Assembly (NCBI GenBank): GCA_965242525.1
Contig: OZ251459.1
Span: forward strand, 288,001 to 352,000
Direction of reading: 5' to 3'
Length of the DNA stretch: 64,000 bases
DNA from: an uncultured Candidatus Binatia bacterium
Lineage (GTDB): Bacteria; Desulfobacterota; Binatia; UBA9968; JAJDTQ01
This document shows positions 32,565 to 42,479 of this stretch, piece after piece. How positions within the stretch are numbered: the stretch's first letter is position 1; each line of letters starts with the position of its first letter. Made by a program: the position numbers and the translations under genes. The notes under the pieces were generated by a model. That model saw only the letters and a program-made list of their open reading frames with translations, did no database searches and had not been told where the DNA came from.

Positions 32565-35207
32565 CTCGACCCCGTCGCAGGTTTCCGGGAATCCGCCGCC
32601 GGCCGAGCGGGCGAGAGCCACCGTACCGCGGTGGCCGTCGATGGTGATCCGGTGTCCGCTCGCGATGCGCTTCGTCGCATCGTCCACGCCCATCACCGCG
32701 GGGATGCCGTACTCCCGCACAAGCATGGAACCGTGGGCCAGCGGCCCGCCGATGTCCGTCACCAGGCCAATGGCCTGGTCGAAGAGCTGCATCCACGCCG
32801 GGGCGATGTTCGGGCACACCAGGATGCGGTTGGGCTTCATCTTGTGGAAGTCGGTCCGGGAGCGGATGACGCACGCCTCTCCGGTCACCCGTCCCGGGCT
32901 CACCGGGGAGCCCCGCAGCACGCGGCCCCGGTCCGCGTCGGGTTCCGTGACCGCGGGCGCGTCCCTGTCCTCCGGCCCGATGGTGTGCGGAGGACGCAAG
33001 GACTTGCGGGCTTCCCGCAGTGCGCGCCGCCTCTCCGCGGTGCGCAACAGGTGGGGCAAGGCCCGGCCCTGCCGGCGCGCCTCGCTGGCCGCGGCGATCT
33101 CGCCGCCGGTCAGGTGGAAAGCGTCCGCGGGCGCCGCCAGGGTCCCCGCCTCCGCCAGACGCCGTCCCAGCTCCAGCGCCAGCGGGCGCAGCACCAACCA
33201 CGCGGCGCCCATGAAGAACAGCGCTTCTTCCCGATACGAGTGGGAACGTCGGGCGAGCCATGCGCGGTGGCGGAGTCGCCAGCGCCGGAAGCCGCGGAAC
33301 GCCGTTCCCGCGGCCCGGGACGCGGGAACGGGCGGGGTCCGGTCCTGCGCGTGCGGTCCGCGTTCGGGGCCCCGGACCAACCGCTGCAGGGTCTGCAGGA
33401 CCTGCCCGGGGTCTTCGGCCATGGCGGGCTCCACGAAATCCAGCGTATAGACCTGGTGGCCGTAGCGACGGATGTACCCGTCGAGGGCGGCGCTCGCCGC
33501 GGCCCCGTCCGCATGGTTCCGAAGCGCCTCCCGCAGGCGTTCCACCGGGGTGGCGAGCGCCAGTTCGCGGAGCGCCGCGCTGGCCCGGACTTCCTCGGCC
33601 AGCGCGCGCAGTTCCGCCCGGGCGCGCATGGCCGGTGACGGCAGCGCGCCGAGGAACCGGGCGTTGGCGAGGTCGGCGTCCGCGGCGTTCTCTTGCAGGA
33701 AACGGCGCAGCCGGTACTCCCTGCGCCTTGCGTGGATGATGGCCAGGTAGGCGCCGTCGTACCAGTAGCTAGCGTCGGCCCGGGCCAGGGCGCGTATCCC
33801 GGACAGCAGCGTCTCGTCGTCCGCGTCGCCGGGGGCCACCCGCGCCCACTCCTCGATGGCCGCCAAGTAAGCCGGCAGGGCCTTGCGGCGCCAACGGGAG
33901 ACCAGCCAGAAGTAGAGCGCGAACCCGCGGCGCGCCTTCTCCATCCACCGGGAGAGACGGCCGTCGCGACTCGGCGCCGCCCCCTCTTCCCGCAGGCGGC
34001 TCCACACGCCGAACCGCCTGTAGGCAAAGCCGTTCACGGTGACGTGGGTGAGCAGACGCGCGGACGGCATGCCGTCCCGCAACGGGTCCACGCCCCTGGC
34101 CCGGAGGAACCAGCGCGCCCAGGGCTCCCGGCACGCCTCGGTCAGGTACACGTCCTCGAACAGCTTCGATACCGGCTCGATCAGGTACTCGACGATCTGG
34201 ATCCGTTTCAGGACGGCGTCCGGTTCCGGCGGTTCCCAGCGGACGTCGGGCGGCGGCTCCGGCGGCAGGCGGGTAATGGGGCGCGACTGGAGGAGCCACG
34301 GCTTGCCGCCCGCGACGGCCCATTCGATGTCCTGGGGCGCGCCCTCCAGGAGGCGTTCCGCCGCGACGCCCAGGCGGACGATCTCCTCGACCAGCGGCGC
34401 CGGCAGCGACGGTTCGCCGCGCCGGGCCGGGTCCACCGGGACTATGCGCGTGCCAGACTCCGCGGCCACCGCCATGCGCTCCTTGGGGCCGACGGTGGTC
34501 TCCCGGACGGCCAGGGCGCCGCGGTCCACCACGTAAACGTCCGGCGTCACCCGTCCGCCGACGATGGCCTCGCCGAGACCGTAGCCGGCGTTGACCACGG
34601 CCTCGGAGCGCTCGCCGGTGACCGGGTTGGCGGTGAACAGGACGCCGGAGACCTCGGCATCCACCATGCGCTGCACCACCACCGCCATGGACGGCTCGTG
34701 GCGGATGCCCATCCGGCGCCGGTAGCCGAGGGCCCGGGCGGTCCACAGGGAGGCCCAGCAACGGCGCACGGCCGACAGCACCGCGTCCTCCCCGCGCACG
34801 TTCAGGAACGTCTCGTACAGGCCGGCGAACGAGAGTCCCGGCAGGTCCTCGGCGGTGGCGGACGAACGCACCGCCACCGCGGGTTCTCCCGCGCCGAGTC
34901 GGCGGTACGCGCGGCCCAACTCGGCCGCTACGTCGGCCGGCAACGCCGCGTTCTCGAAGCGTTCCCGGATGCGGGAGGACGCCCGTTCGAACGAGCCCCT
35001 GCCCTCGGCGTCGAGGGCAGGCCTCGCAAGCTCCCGCAGCGTCGCCCGCAGGCGGTTGGAATCGACGAAACGCTCGTAGGCCGAGCTCGTCAGGATGAAG
35101 CCGCCGGGCACCGGGAAGCCCGCCCTCGACAGCCGCGCCAGCCGCACGCCCTTGCCGCCGACGACTTCGAGCGGCGCGTCCCCGGTTTCCAGAGGCAGGA
35201 CGGTCAT
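32547..35207 (-). CDS. PPDK/PEP-synthase-like phosphotransferase, rifampin-phosphotransferase-type domain order (ATP-grasp, central domain, C-terminal phospho-His swivel)
   Basis: VGGKG..GFPVPGGF, AVRSSATAEDL..SFAG, PQDIEWA, LLQSRPIT; C-terminal TDIGGPLAHGS..REYGIPAV. Confidence 0.8.
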   Translation of the reverse strand: MTVLPLETGDAPLEVVGGKGVRLARLSRAGFPVPGGFILTSSAYERFVDSNRLRATLRELARPALDAEGRGSFERASSRIRERFENAALPADVAAELGRAYRRLGAGEPAVAVRSSATAEDLPGLSFAGLYETFLNVRGEDAVLSAVRRCWASLWTARALGYRRRMGIRHEPSMAVVVQRMVDAEVSGVLFTANPVTGERSEAVVNAGYGLGEAIVGGRVTPDVYVVDRGALAVRETTVGPKERMAVAAESGTRIVPVDPARRGEPSLPAPLVEEIVRLGVAAERLLEGAPQDIEWAVAGGKPWLLQSRPITRLPPEPPPDVRWEPPEPDAVLKRIQIVEYLIEPVSKLFEDVYLTEACREPWARWFLRARGVDPLRDGMPSARLLTHVTVNGFAYRRFGVWSRLREEGAAPSRDGRLSRWMEKARRGFALYFWLVSRWRRKALPAYLAAIEEWARVAPGDADDETLLSGIRALARADASYWYDGAYLAIIHARRREYRLRRFLQENAADADLANARFLGALPSPAMRARAELRALAEEVRASAALRELALATPVERLREALRNHADGAAASAALDGYIRRYGHQVYTLDFVEPAMAEDPGQVLQTLQRLVRGPERGPHAQDRTPPVPASRAAGTAFRGFRRWRLRHRAWLARRSHSYREEALFFMGAAWLVLRPLALELGRRLAEAGTLAAPADAFHLTGGEIAAASEARRQGRALPHLLRTAERRRALREARKSLRPPHTIGPEDRDAPAVTEPDADRGRVLRGSPVSPGRVTGEACVIRSRTDFHKMKPNRILVCPNIAPAWMQLFDQAIGLVTDIGGPLAHGSMLVREYGIPAVMGVDDATKRIASGHRITIDGHRGTVALARSAGGGFPETCDGVESHGPE

Positions 35208-35406
35208 GGTCTATGGAGGAGTCCCGCGTCCGTCGAGGGACGTCTCCGTCTCCGCCCACCCGAGACTTCCGCGCAACGACGGCCTATGGTAATCGGTTAC
35301 GACGGGTGGATGCGCAAGGATTGCGGCCGGTTGCTTCCACCTGCGCTGCATGACGGCGGTCCGATCCGATCCGTCAACCGGGCCCGGCCGGGAGCACGGA
35401 GACGGA
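35178..35406. repeat. diverged direct repeat of 37548-38531 with a 750-bp internal deletion
   Basis: 35178-35271 aligns to 37548-37642 and 35266-35406 aligns to 38387-38531. The junction is a shared CTTCCG microhomology. Confidence 0.85.
35211..35351 (-). pseudogene. internally deleted sulfotransferase remnant (46 codons)
   Basis: MQRRWKQPAAILAHPPVV..SLRG/SLGWAE matches the N-terminus (MQRRLKQLAAFLAHPPIV..SLRG) and C-terminus (GSPGWAQ) of 37594-38472. Confidence 0.8.
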
Positions 35407-35417
35407 GCTACAGGGAC

Positions 35418-35446
35418 ACGATAGTAAGCCATGCCGTAAACGTCAA
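35418..35446 (-). promoter_or_regulatory. candidate sigma70 promoter for the remnant and phosphotransferase
   Basis: TTGACG-17bp-TATCGT on the minus strand. Confidence 0.4.
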
Positions 35447-35454
35447 TCTCGAAG

Positions 35455-37548
35455 ATGAAGACAGACCGCCCGTGCCCCCCCTCTACCGGGTCTGAACGCT
35501 TGGCCCTGCCGTTGCTGCTGCTTGCGCTGTCCACGTTGTTCCTGTGCAACGTGGACAAGGGACACTTCTACAGTCCCGGCAACCAGGACTGGTCCATCCT
35601 GGGCCTGACGATAGCCGAGAACCTGTCGCCGGATCACAATTTCCGGCTGTTCCGGTGGCTGGAACCGGCACCGGACGGCGCCCCCACCTACCGGATCCAC
35701 AGCCGCTTTCCCGTCGGCGGTTACGCACTCATCAAACTCGCCATCCTCCCATTCGGAAACGACCTCTCCGCCAGGATCCTCGCCGCCCGAATGCTCATGT
35801 TGCTGTTGTTCAGCGCCGCTGCGCTCCTGGCCTTCCACTCCCTCGCCCGGATCACCTTCCGCCGCTGGGTCGCGCTGGCCGCCACCCTCACGGCGTTCTC
35901 CTCCTACTACATGCTGTTCTACAGCAACGCGGTTTTCGTGGAGTACAGCGTGGACCTGTTCGCGGTCATGCTGGTGTTCCACGGCATGGTGGTGTTCGTG
36001 CAGGAGGGACGGTTCCGGCAGTTGCTGGCCAGGACCGGCGTTGCGCTGCTGCTGGGCTGGCACGTGTATGCGTTCCTGCTGCCGTTCATCCTCCTGGGCC
36101 TGGGGAGCGAGGCGGTCCGTGCGTGGAAGGACGGGACTGCGGTGAGGCTGCGCTCCGCCGGGGCGGCGGTGCTGCGCAGCCGCTACATGGCTCTTGGCCT
36201 GGCCTCGCTGCTGTTCGGCGCGGCCGTCCTGAGCTTCAACTTCGCCAACGAGTACGCCGCGTTCGGAGGAGAGACCGCGGTGACCGAACTGCCGTCGTTC
36301 CGGTCCATGCTCCGGCACACCGGACTGAACCGGGACTCCCCCCCCCTCGGTTCGTGGCTGTACTTCCTGGAACAGCAGTCCTTCCGTGTCTGCATGGCGT
36401 CCGTTCCATTCGTGCTGAGCGACTGGGGAATCGGTTTGCTGGAGTCGTTTCTCCCGGTTCGCCTTTCGGCGTCGGGCCTCTCGGGACCGGCGTTGTGGGT
36501 TTGCCTCCTGGCGTTGCTGCTGGCCGTCGGAGCATCCACGGCAGTCGTCCGCCTTGCGAGGCCGCTGTTGGCCCGGCGACACCGCATGCCGCTGGCCGCC
36601 CTTGCCCTGTCGGGGTTCTTCTGGGCCCTGCCCATGCGCCACAACGTTGCTTACCACCCTCACGAGGTCCTGTACTACCTGGGCCTCCCCCTGGTGTTCT
36701 ACTCGCTGCTCTTGCTGTACGTCCACAAGCGCTGGGGGCATCGTCCGGTAGTCGGCCTTGCCGCTGCCGTGGCCCTGCTCGCCTTCGTGGTCTCGGTCTT
36801 CCATCTGGATCACCGACGGGGCACGGACGCCCGTGCGGTGGAGCTCCAACAGGTCGCCATGGCCGAACTCGGGGCCATTCGCGAAACCATCCGGGGGAAG
36901 GTGGTCCTGCTACCCGGATCCGTCGAGCCGGAATGGTCCAGGCAATTATTCCCGGTCTTGACGTGGCAATACTACCTCACCGGAAGCGTCTGGATACACC
37001 ACCTCCACGACGTGGAACTTGCCGCCCGCGCCGCGGACTTCATCGTCGTCCATGACCGTGTGGAGAGCGACGCCCTGCTCACCCCCGGGAACGAACAGGT
37101 GTTCCTGTACGATTCCACAGGTATCGACGACCTGGTGGAGCTGTACCGGTCCACCTACCAACAGGCGGTGTCCGGAGACCCTGTGCCGCGCTCCTACTTC
37201 GACCTCCATCGCGGTGCACACAGCTACTTCGACGTCCATCTCGGTGACGACGCGGTGACCTTCGTCAAGGATCCCTGCACCCGGGAGGATGTGAGATCCC
37301 CGATCCAGGTGGACATAACCCCGGAAGACCGGAAGCACCTCTTCTTGATGCGTCCGGAGTACAGCTACAACCGTCCCACCCGCTGGATCAGGTTGGATAC
37401 ACATCCCGTGCGGTTCGAGGGGAAGTGCGTCGCTGTCGTTTCACTCCCCGATTACCCCATCTCCGGCATCAGGGCGAAACAGAAGCTACGCCGGTCCCGC
37501 GATGGGCGCAGGTCCTACTGGGAAGTGGAGATACCGGCGAGCCGGTAG
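35455..37548 (+). CDS. uncharacterised polytopic membrane protein, GT-C/ArnT-like, paralog A
   Basis: Roughly 11-12 TM segments, AENLSP..SRFPVGGY loop, soluble two-Cys C-terminal domain; close homolog of 44451, 61068 and 63161. The GT-C assignment is by topology only. Confidence 0.65.
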   Translation: MKTDRPCPPSTGSERLALPLLLLALSTLFLCNVDKGHFYSPGNQDWSILGLTIAENLSPDHNFRLFRWLEPAPDGAPTYRIHSRFPVGGYALIKLAILPFGNDLSARILAARMLMLLLFSAAALLAFHSLARITFRRWVALAATLTAFSSYYMLFYSNAVFVEYSVDLFAVMLVFHGMVVFVQEGRFRQLLARTGVALLLGWHVYAFLLPFILLGLGSEAVRAWKDGTAVRLRSAGAAVLRSRYMALGLASLLFGAAVLSFNFANEYAAFGGETAVTELPSFRSMLRHTGLNRDSPPLGSWLYFLEQQSFRVCMASVPFVLSDWGIGLLESFLPVRLSASGLSGPALWVCLLALLLAVGASTAVVRLARPLLARRHRMPLAALALSGFFWALPMRHNVAYHPHEVLYYLGLPLVFYSLLLLYVHKRWGHRPVVGLAAAVALLAFVVSVFHLDHRRGTDARAVELQQVAMAELGAIRETIRGKVVLLPGSVEPEWSRQLFPVLTWQYYLTGSVWIHHLHDVELAARAADFIVVHDRVESDALLTPGNEQVFLYDSTGIDDLVELYRSTYQQAVSGDPVPRSYFDLHRGAHSYFDVHLGDDAVTFVKDPCTREDVRSPIQVDITPEDRKHLFLMRPEYSYNRPTRWIRLDTHPVRFEGKCVAVVSLPDYPISGIRAKQKLRRSRDGRRSYWEVEIPASR

Positions 37549-37593
37549 TCCCCGGTTCCCGGAGTCAGGACGGTCATGGTCCATGGAGGAGTC

Positions 37594-38472
37594 TCACGCC
37601 CATGGAAGGGGGTTCTTCGCCTGCGCCCACCCGGGACTTCCGGTCTCCGCGGAACTTTCCGAGACGCTCCGGTACAACTCCAGGTCCGCGGCGTAGCGGG
37701 CGGTCAGCAACGCCCTGTTCCGCTCGGTCAGGAGACGGCCCATTTCCGCTCGGGCGGCGCGCACGGCTTCCGACGACGGCCGCCATCCCGCCATGGTGTT
37801 CAGCATCGGCAACTCCGGCGCCGGCATGCCCAGGCGCATGGCGACTCGCTTCAGGTCCTCGTGGATGTTCTCGAGACGGCCGACGAAGTCGGGCAGGCGT
37901 CCTTCCTCGAGGAGTATCTGCGGGCGCTGGGACAGGTAGTGGGCGTCGGCGAAGGCGTCGGCGCCGTAAGGCGTGTTCAGCCACCGGCAGTAGTCGTCGA
38001 AGCTGTCCACCTCCCCCAGCCCGTAGAAATGGTCGTTGTAGAACCGTTGCCTCTCCTCCTTGCGGAGCCGGTTCACACCGTCGAAGCGTTTGTGGAAGAA
38101 ACGCATCTCCGCATAGAACGAGAGCGCCCGGTCGAAAGGGTGCCTGATGAAAGCGAAGCTGTAGTAGCCCTTTGCCTCCGGATACATGGCGCCGACGTCG
38201 GAGATGCTCTTGTCCACGATGAGTTCGGCGTCGGGGTCCGCGTTGCGTAGCGCCGCGATGAGGCTCCGCGACGCCACCTTGGGGTTGCAGAGCCAGAGAT
38301 AGCGGTACTTGCGCGAGACGATCTTCTCGGCGCCGAAGTTGGGGCGCCGCAGGGCGTTGACGGCGCACATCCTCGCGTCGTCGAACCTTCCGCGCAACGA
38401 GAGCTTGACGGCGTCCTTGACGATGGGCGGATGCGCAAGGAACGCGGCCAGTTGCTTCAACCTGCGCTGCAT
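37594..38472 (-). CDS. sulfotransferase family 2 (PAPS-dependent carbohydrate sulfotransferase-like)
   Basis: 5'-PSB-like NPKVASRS, 3'-PB-like FAFIRHPFDRALSFY, H..SQ, DFVGRLEN. Confidence 0.85.
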   Translation of the reverse strand: MQRRLKQLAAFLAHPPIVKDAVKLSLRGRFDDARMCAVNALRRPNFGAEKIVSRKYRYLWLCNPKVASRSLIAALRNADPDAELIVDKSISDVGAMYPEAKGYYSFAFIRHPFDRALSFYAEMRFFHKRFDGVNRLRKEERQRFYNDHFYGLGEVDSFDDYCRWLNTPYGADAFADAHYLSQRPQILLEEGRLPDFVGRLENIHEDLKRVAMRLGMPAPELPMLNTMAGWRPSSEAVRAARAEMGRLLTERNRALLTARYAADLELYRSVSESSAETGSPGWAQAKNPLPWA

Positions 38473-38566
38473 GACGGTGGTCCGGTCCGGTCCGTCAACC
38501 GGGTCCGCCCGGGCGGTTCCACGGGGACGGAAGGTTGCCTTCCGGGTTGGAGGGAAGCCGCCGGTC

Positions 38567-40513
38567 TCAGTCTTCCTCGTACTGTTCCTTCAGCTTGGCG
38601 ACCACCGAGGGGTCGGCAAGGGTCGTGGTGTCTCCCAGCGTCTTTCCGTCGGCGATGTCGCGCAACAACCGGCGCATGATCTTGCCGCTGCGGGTCTTGG
38701 GCAACTCCGCGGCGTAGTAGAGCTCGTCCGGGCGCGCGATGGCGCCGATCTTCCTGGCCACGTGGGCGCGCAGCTCCTCGACCAGCTCCGGCGTGTTCTC
38801 GACGCCGGCGATCAGCGACACGAACGCGCAGATGCCCTGCCCCTTGACTTCGTGCTGCTTCCCGACCACGGCCGCTTCCGCCACCGCCCGATGGTCCACC
38901 AGGGCGCTCTCGACCTCCATGGTGCTGATCCGATGCCCGGAGACGTTCATCACGTCGTCCACCCGCCCCAGGAGCCAGAAATACCCGTCCTCGTCGCGCC
39001 TGGCCCCGTCGCCCGCGAAGTACATGCCCGGGAACCGGCTCCAATAGGTCTCCACGTACCGGTCGGGGTCGTTGAACACGGTCCGCAGCATGGCCGGCCA
39101 CGGCCGCTTCAGCACCAAGTAGCCCCCGCCGCCCGGCGGCACCGATCGGCCCTGCTCGTCCACCACGTCGGCCTCGATGCCGGGGAAGGGCCGGGTGGCC
39201 GAGGCGGGCTTCAGCGTGGTGACCCCCGGGAACGGGGTGATGAGCGGGTGTCCCGTCTCCGTCTGCCACCAAGTGTCCATGATGGGGCAGCGCCCGTGTC
39301 CGATGTGCTCGTGGTACCACATCCACGCCTCGGGATTGATGGGCTCCCCCACGGATCCCAGGAGCCTCAGGCTGCCCAGGTCGCGCCCCGCGGGATACTC
39401 GGCGCCCCAGCGCATGAAGGTGCGGATGGCCGTGGGCGCCGTATGGAATATGGTCACTCCGTATTTCTCCACCATCCGCCACAGCCGGTCCTTGTCCGGC
39501 CAGTCCGGCGACCCCTCGTACATCACCTGGGTCACGCCGTTGGCCATGGGACCGTACACGATGTGCGTGTGGCCCGTGACCCAGCCGATGTCCGCGGCGC
39601 ACCAGAAGACGTCGTCCTCCTTCATGTCGAAGACCCACTTGTTGGCCAGGTAAACGCCCAGCAGGTACCCCGCGGTGGTGTGGACGATGCCCTTGGGCTT
39701 GCCGGTGGTGCCGCTGGTGTAGAGGCTGAAGAGCATGTCCTCGCTGTCCATGCGCTCCGGCTCGCACCAGAGCGGCGCATGCTCCATCAGCTCGTGCCAC
39801 CAGTGGTCCCTGCCTTCCTTCATGACGGCGCCGGAGCCGCTGCCCACCCGTTGCACCACCACCACGTTCTCGATGGACGGCGAGCCTTCCACCGCCTCGT
39901 CCGCGTTCTCCTTCAGGGGGATGACCGCGCCGCGCCGGTAACCGCCGTCGCCGGTCACCAGCACCTTGGCCGAAGCGTCGTTGATCCGGTCGCGCAAGGA
40001 CTCGGCGCTGAAGCCTCCGAACACCACGCTGTGCACCGCCCCGATGCGGTTGCATGCGTGCATGGCGATCAACAACTCCGGGACCATGCCGAGGTAGAGC
40101 GCCACCCGGTCGCCCTTGCTTACCCCCAACCCCTTGAGCACGTTGGCGAACTTGTTCACCTCGCGCCAGACGTCGCGATAGGTCAGGACCCGCTCGTCTC
40201 CCGGCTCCCCTTCCCACAGGATGGCGGCCTTGTTCTTGCGGGGGGTTGCGACGTGCCGGTCCAGACAGTTGAAGGAGGCGTTGAGCTTGCCCCCGATGAA
40301 CCACTTGGCCCAGGGGCAGTCCCACTCCAGCACCTTGTCCCAGGTCTCGAACCAGTCCAACCCGCGGGCCTGCTCGGCCCAGAACCCCTCGGGGTCCTTG
40401 CTCGCCCGCTCGAACACCGCCGGGTCGTTCAGGTTCCCCGACTGCCGGAACGCGTCCGGCGGCGGAAAGGTCCTTCCTTCCTCCAGCAGGACTTCGATCG
40501 CTTCGTCTGCCAT
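38567..40513 (-). CDS. acs: acetyl-CoA synthetase
   Basis: [45 protein letters not shown]. Confidence 0.96.
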   Translation of the reverse strand: MADEAIEVLLEEGRTFPPPDAFRQSGNLNDPAVFERASKDPEGFWAEQARGLDWFETWDKVLEWDCPWAKWFIGGKLNASFNCLDRHVATPRKNKAAILWEGEPGDERVLTYRDVWREVNKFANVLKGLGVSKGDRVALYLGMVPELLIAMHACNRIGAVHSVVFGGFSAESLRDRINDASAKVLVTGDGGYRRGAVIPLKENADEAVEGSPSIENVVVVQRVGSGSGAVMKEGRDHWWHELMEHAPLWCEPERMDSEDMLFSLYTSGTTGKPKGIVHTTAGYLLGVYLANKWVFDMKEDDVFWCAADIGWVTGHTHIVYGPMANGVTQVMYEGSPDWPDKDRLWRMVEKYGVTIFHTAPTAIRTFMRWGAEYPAGRDLGSLRLLGSVGEPINPEAWMWYHEHIGHGRCPIMDTWWQTETGHPLITPFPGVTTLKPASATRPFPGIEADVVDEQGRSVPPGGGGYLVLKRPWPAMLRTVFNDPDRYVETYWSRFPGMYFAGDGARRDEDGYFWLLGRVDDVMNVSGHRISTMEVESALVDHRAVAEAAVVGKQHEVKGQGICAFVSLIAGVENTPELVEELRAHVARKIGAIARPDELYYAAELPKTRSGKIMRRLLRDIADGKTLGDTTTLADPSVVAKLKEQYEED

Positions 40514-40576
40514 GGTCCCTCCTCGACGGGCGCCGCAGGACTCGGCCGCTCCGGGCCCGTCTTCACCCGTCCACGG

Positions 40577-40605
40577 ATTCTAAGCCACGCCCGTCCGGTT
40601 GGCAA
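40577..40605 (-). promoter_or_regulatory. candidate sigma70 promoter for acs
   Basis: TTGCCA-17bp-TAGAAT on the minus strand. Confidence 0.55.
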
Positions 40606-40731
40606 GACGAAGGGTTTCCACGTAAACTGCCCGCCCGGCGCCGCGGTCGGGAGGGAGGACCTCCCCGGCGCCCTTCGTCCGCGCCGTAAGGCGGCCGCGG
40701 AGAACTCCCGCGTTCTGCGACCGAGGAGAAG

Positions 40732-42381
40732 GTGCGTTTCCGACCCGACCGTCTCACCGTGCTGATCGCCGCGGCGGCAGTGCTGGGCGTCGCCTTGGTC
40801 CTGGCGCGGGAAGCCACCTACGGAGTGATGCTGGCGCATGACTCCATCAACTACGTGGTCTCGGCCCGGAACCTGTTGTCCGGAGAGGGTTTGACCCTCC
40901 ACAACGGGCGCTTCTACGTCGTATGGCCTCCCCTCTACCCGCTGCTGCTGGCCGCCGCCAGCCTGGGGACCCTGGATCCCTACGACGTGGCCGGCCCCGT
41001 CAACGCCGCCGTCTTCGGGCTGACTGTGTTGGTAGTAGGGCAATACCTGCGCACGCGCCTGGAGTCCCGCTTCCTCGTGGCGTGGGCGTGTCTCTCTGTC
41101 GCCTTGTCGGTCCCCATGGCGGAGTTGTCGTCGTGGGCCCTGTCCGGCCCCGTGTTCATCCTGTTGGCGACCCTCGCCCTCGTCCAGACCGACGGCTTCC
41201 TGACCGGGGGCAAGACCCGATCGCTGGTCCTGGCCTCGGTGTTCGCCGCCCTGGCCTGCCAAGCCCGGTACATCGGGGTGGCCGTAGCGGTCGTGGTCGG
41301 GCTGCTCTTCCTCTTCTCCGGAAAGGAAAGGGCGTCGCTGCGGCGGCGGGCCGGACGCTTGGCCGTATTCTCGCTGGTCGTAGCCGCGCCCATGGGCCTG
41401 TGGCTGCTGCGCAACTACCTGCTCACCGGGACCCTCGCGGGAGACCGTCCGCCATCCGATTACACTTTGCCGACGCTTCTGGGCGAGACGGTCGGTCGTC
41501 TGCTGCACGGGGGGTTGCTGTACCTCGGTCCCCCTTGGGTCCGGAGGCTGTCCCTCGCCGCGCTGGCGCTGGCGGCCATCGTCCTGGCAGCGCTCGGTTA
41601 CGTTTCCGCCAGGGAGCGGCGCCCCCCGTCCGACTGGCGTCCCTTCTACCTCTTCGGCGGCTTCGGGCTGGCGTACCTTGCCGTGCTCGCCTCGATGATC
41701 ATGATGTGGGGGGACTTGTTCCTCCAGTCGAGGTACCTGGTTCCGCTGTACCTTCCGTTCCTGGTCGTCGCGGTGTCTGCGCTGGACCGGTTGCTCGCCC
41801 GCGGGCGGCAGGGAACGTTGCCGGGAACCGTGGGCGGGCCGCCCCGGCCTGGAGCCATGCGCGCAAGGGCAGGGGGGAAGGGCATCGGCCGGGTCACGGC
41901 GTCGCTGACCCTTGGAGCCGTACGCACGAAGGCAGGGGGGAAGCCGAGCGTGCTGGCCGCCGTCCTGACGGTGGCCCTTTCCCTCTGGACGGTGGGGCAA
42001 GTCGTTGCCAACGTCCGCGCCATCGGCCGGGCGAACGCCCAGGACCTGTCCAGGGGCTACGGCGCACAACCCTGGGCGGTCTCCGAGACCCTGCGGTACG
42101 TCCGGGAAAACCCCCTCGTGGGCAAAGTGTACAGCAACGCGGCCGTCGTCGTGTCTCTCCACAACCATGGAACCGGACCTTGCAAGGGGGCGCCCAGGCA
42201 GTTGGAGAGGCTGCTCGAGAAGGCCCGGAACGGCGTGCACGTGGTCTGGTTCGAGGACTATTGGCGCCGCCACCCCTATGACTACGGCGTCGCCGACTTG
42301 CGCGCATCGCCGGAACTGGAGCCGGTGGCGGAACTGGCGGACGGCGCAATCTTCCGCGTGATCAGGGCAGGGAACCCCTGA
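40732..42381 (+). CDS. GT-C fold membrane glycosyltransferase-like protein (ArnT/PMT-like), distant from paralogs A-D
   Basis: TM1 followed by HDSINY..ARNL..WPPLYPLLL, ARYIG, SRYLVPLY; many TM segments. Confidence 0.65.
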   Translation: MRFRPDRLTVLIAAAAVLGVALVLAREATYGVMLAHDSINYVVSARNLLSGEGLTLHNGRFYVVWPPLYPLLLAAASLGTLDPYDVAGPVNAAVFGLTVLVVGQYLRTRLESRFLVAWACLSVALSVPMAELSSWALSGPVFILLATLALVQTDGFLTGGKTRSLVLASVFAALACQARYIGVAVAVVVGLLFLFSGKERASLRRRAGRLAVFSLVVAAPMGLWLLRNYLLTGTLAGDRPPSDYTLPTLLGETVGRLLHGGLLYLGPPWVRRLSLAALALAAIVLAALGYVSARERRPPSDWRPFYLFGGFGLAYLAVLASMIMMWGDLFLQSRYLVPLYLPFLVVAVSALDRLLARGRQGTLPGTVGGPPRPGAMRARAGGKGIGRVTASLTLGAVRTKAGGKPSVLAAVLTVALSLWTVGQVVANVRAIGRANAQDLSRGYGAQPWAVSETLRYVRENPLVGKVYSNAAVVVSLHNHGTGPCKGAPRQLERLLEKARNGVHVVWFEDYWRRHPYDYGVADLRASPELEPVAELADGAIFRVIRAGNP

Positions 42382-42434
42382 ACGACGGTCCCCGTTCGTC
42401 CTGAGCGTAGCGAAGCGAAGTCGAAGGACGCGCT
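42371..42434 (+). repeat. REP/MITE-like element, copy 2
   Basis: Terminal motif GGAACCCCTGAACGA plus the identical 45-bp core at 42390-42434. Confidence 0.85.
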
Positions 42435-42479
42435 TCTCGCGCAGCGCTGGCCATGCGGACCCGCTGGCGCTGCCGGCCG

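Noticed and set aside
35424-35433. GTAAGCCATG matching the IS-end repeat at 43023-43032
   Set aside because: A single 10-bp match inside a plausible promoter spacer, most likely chance.
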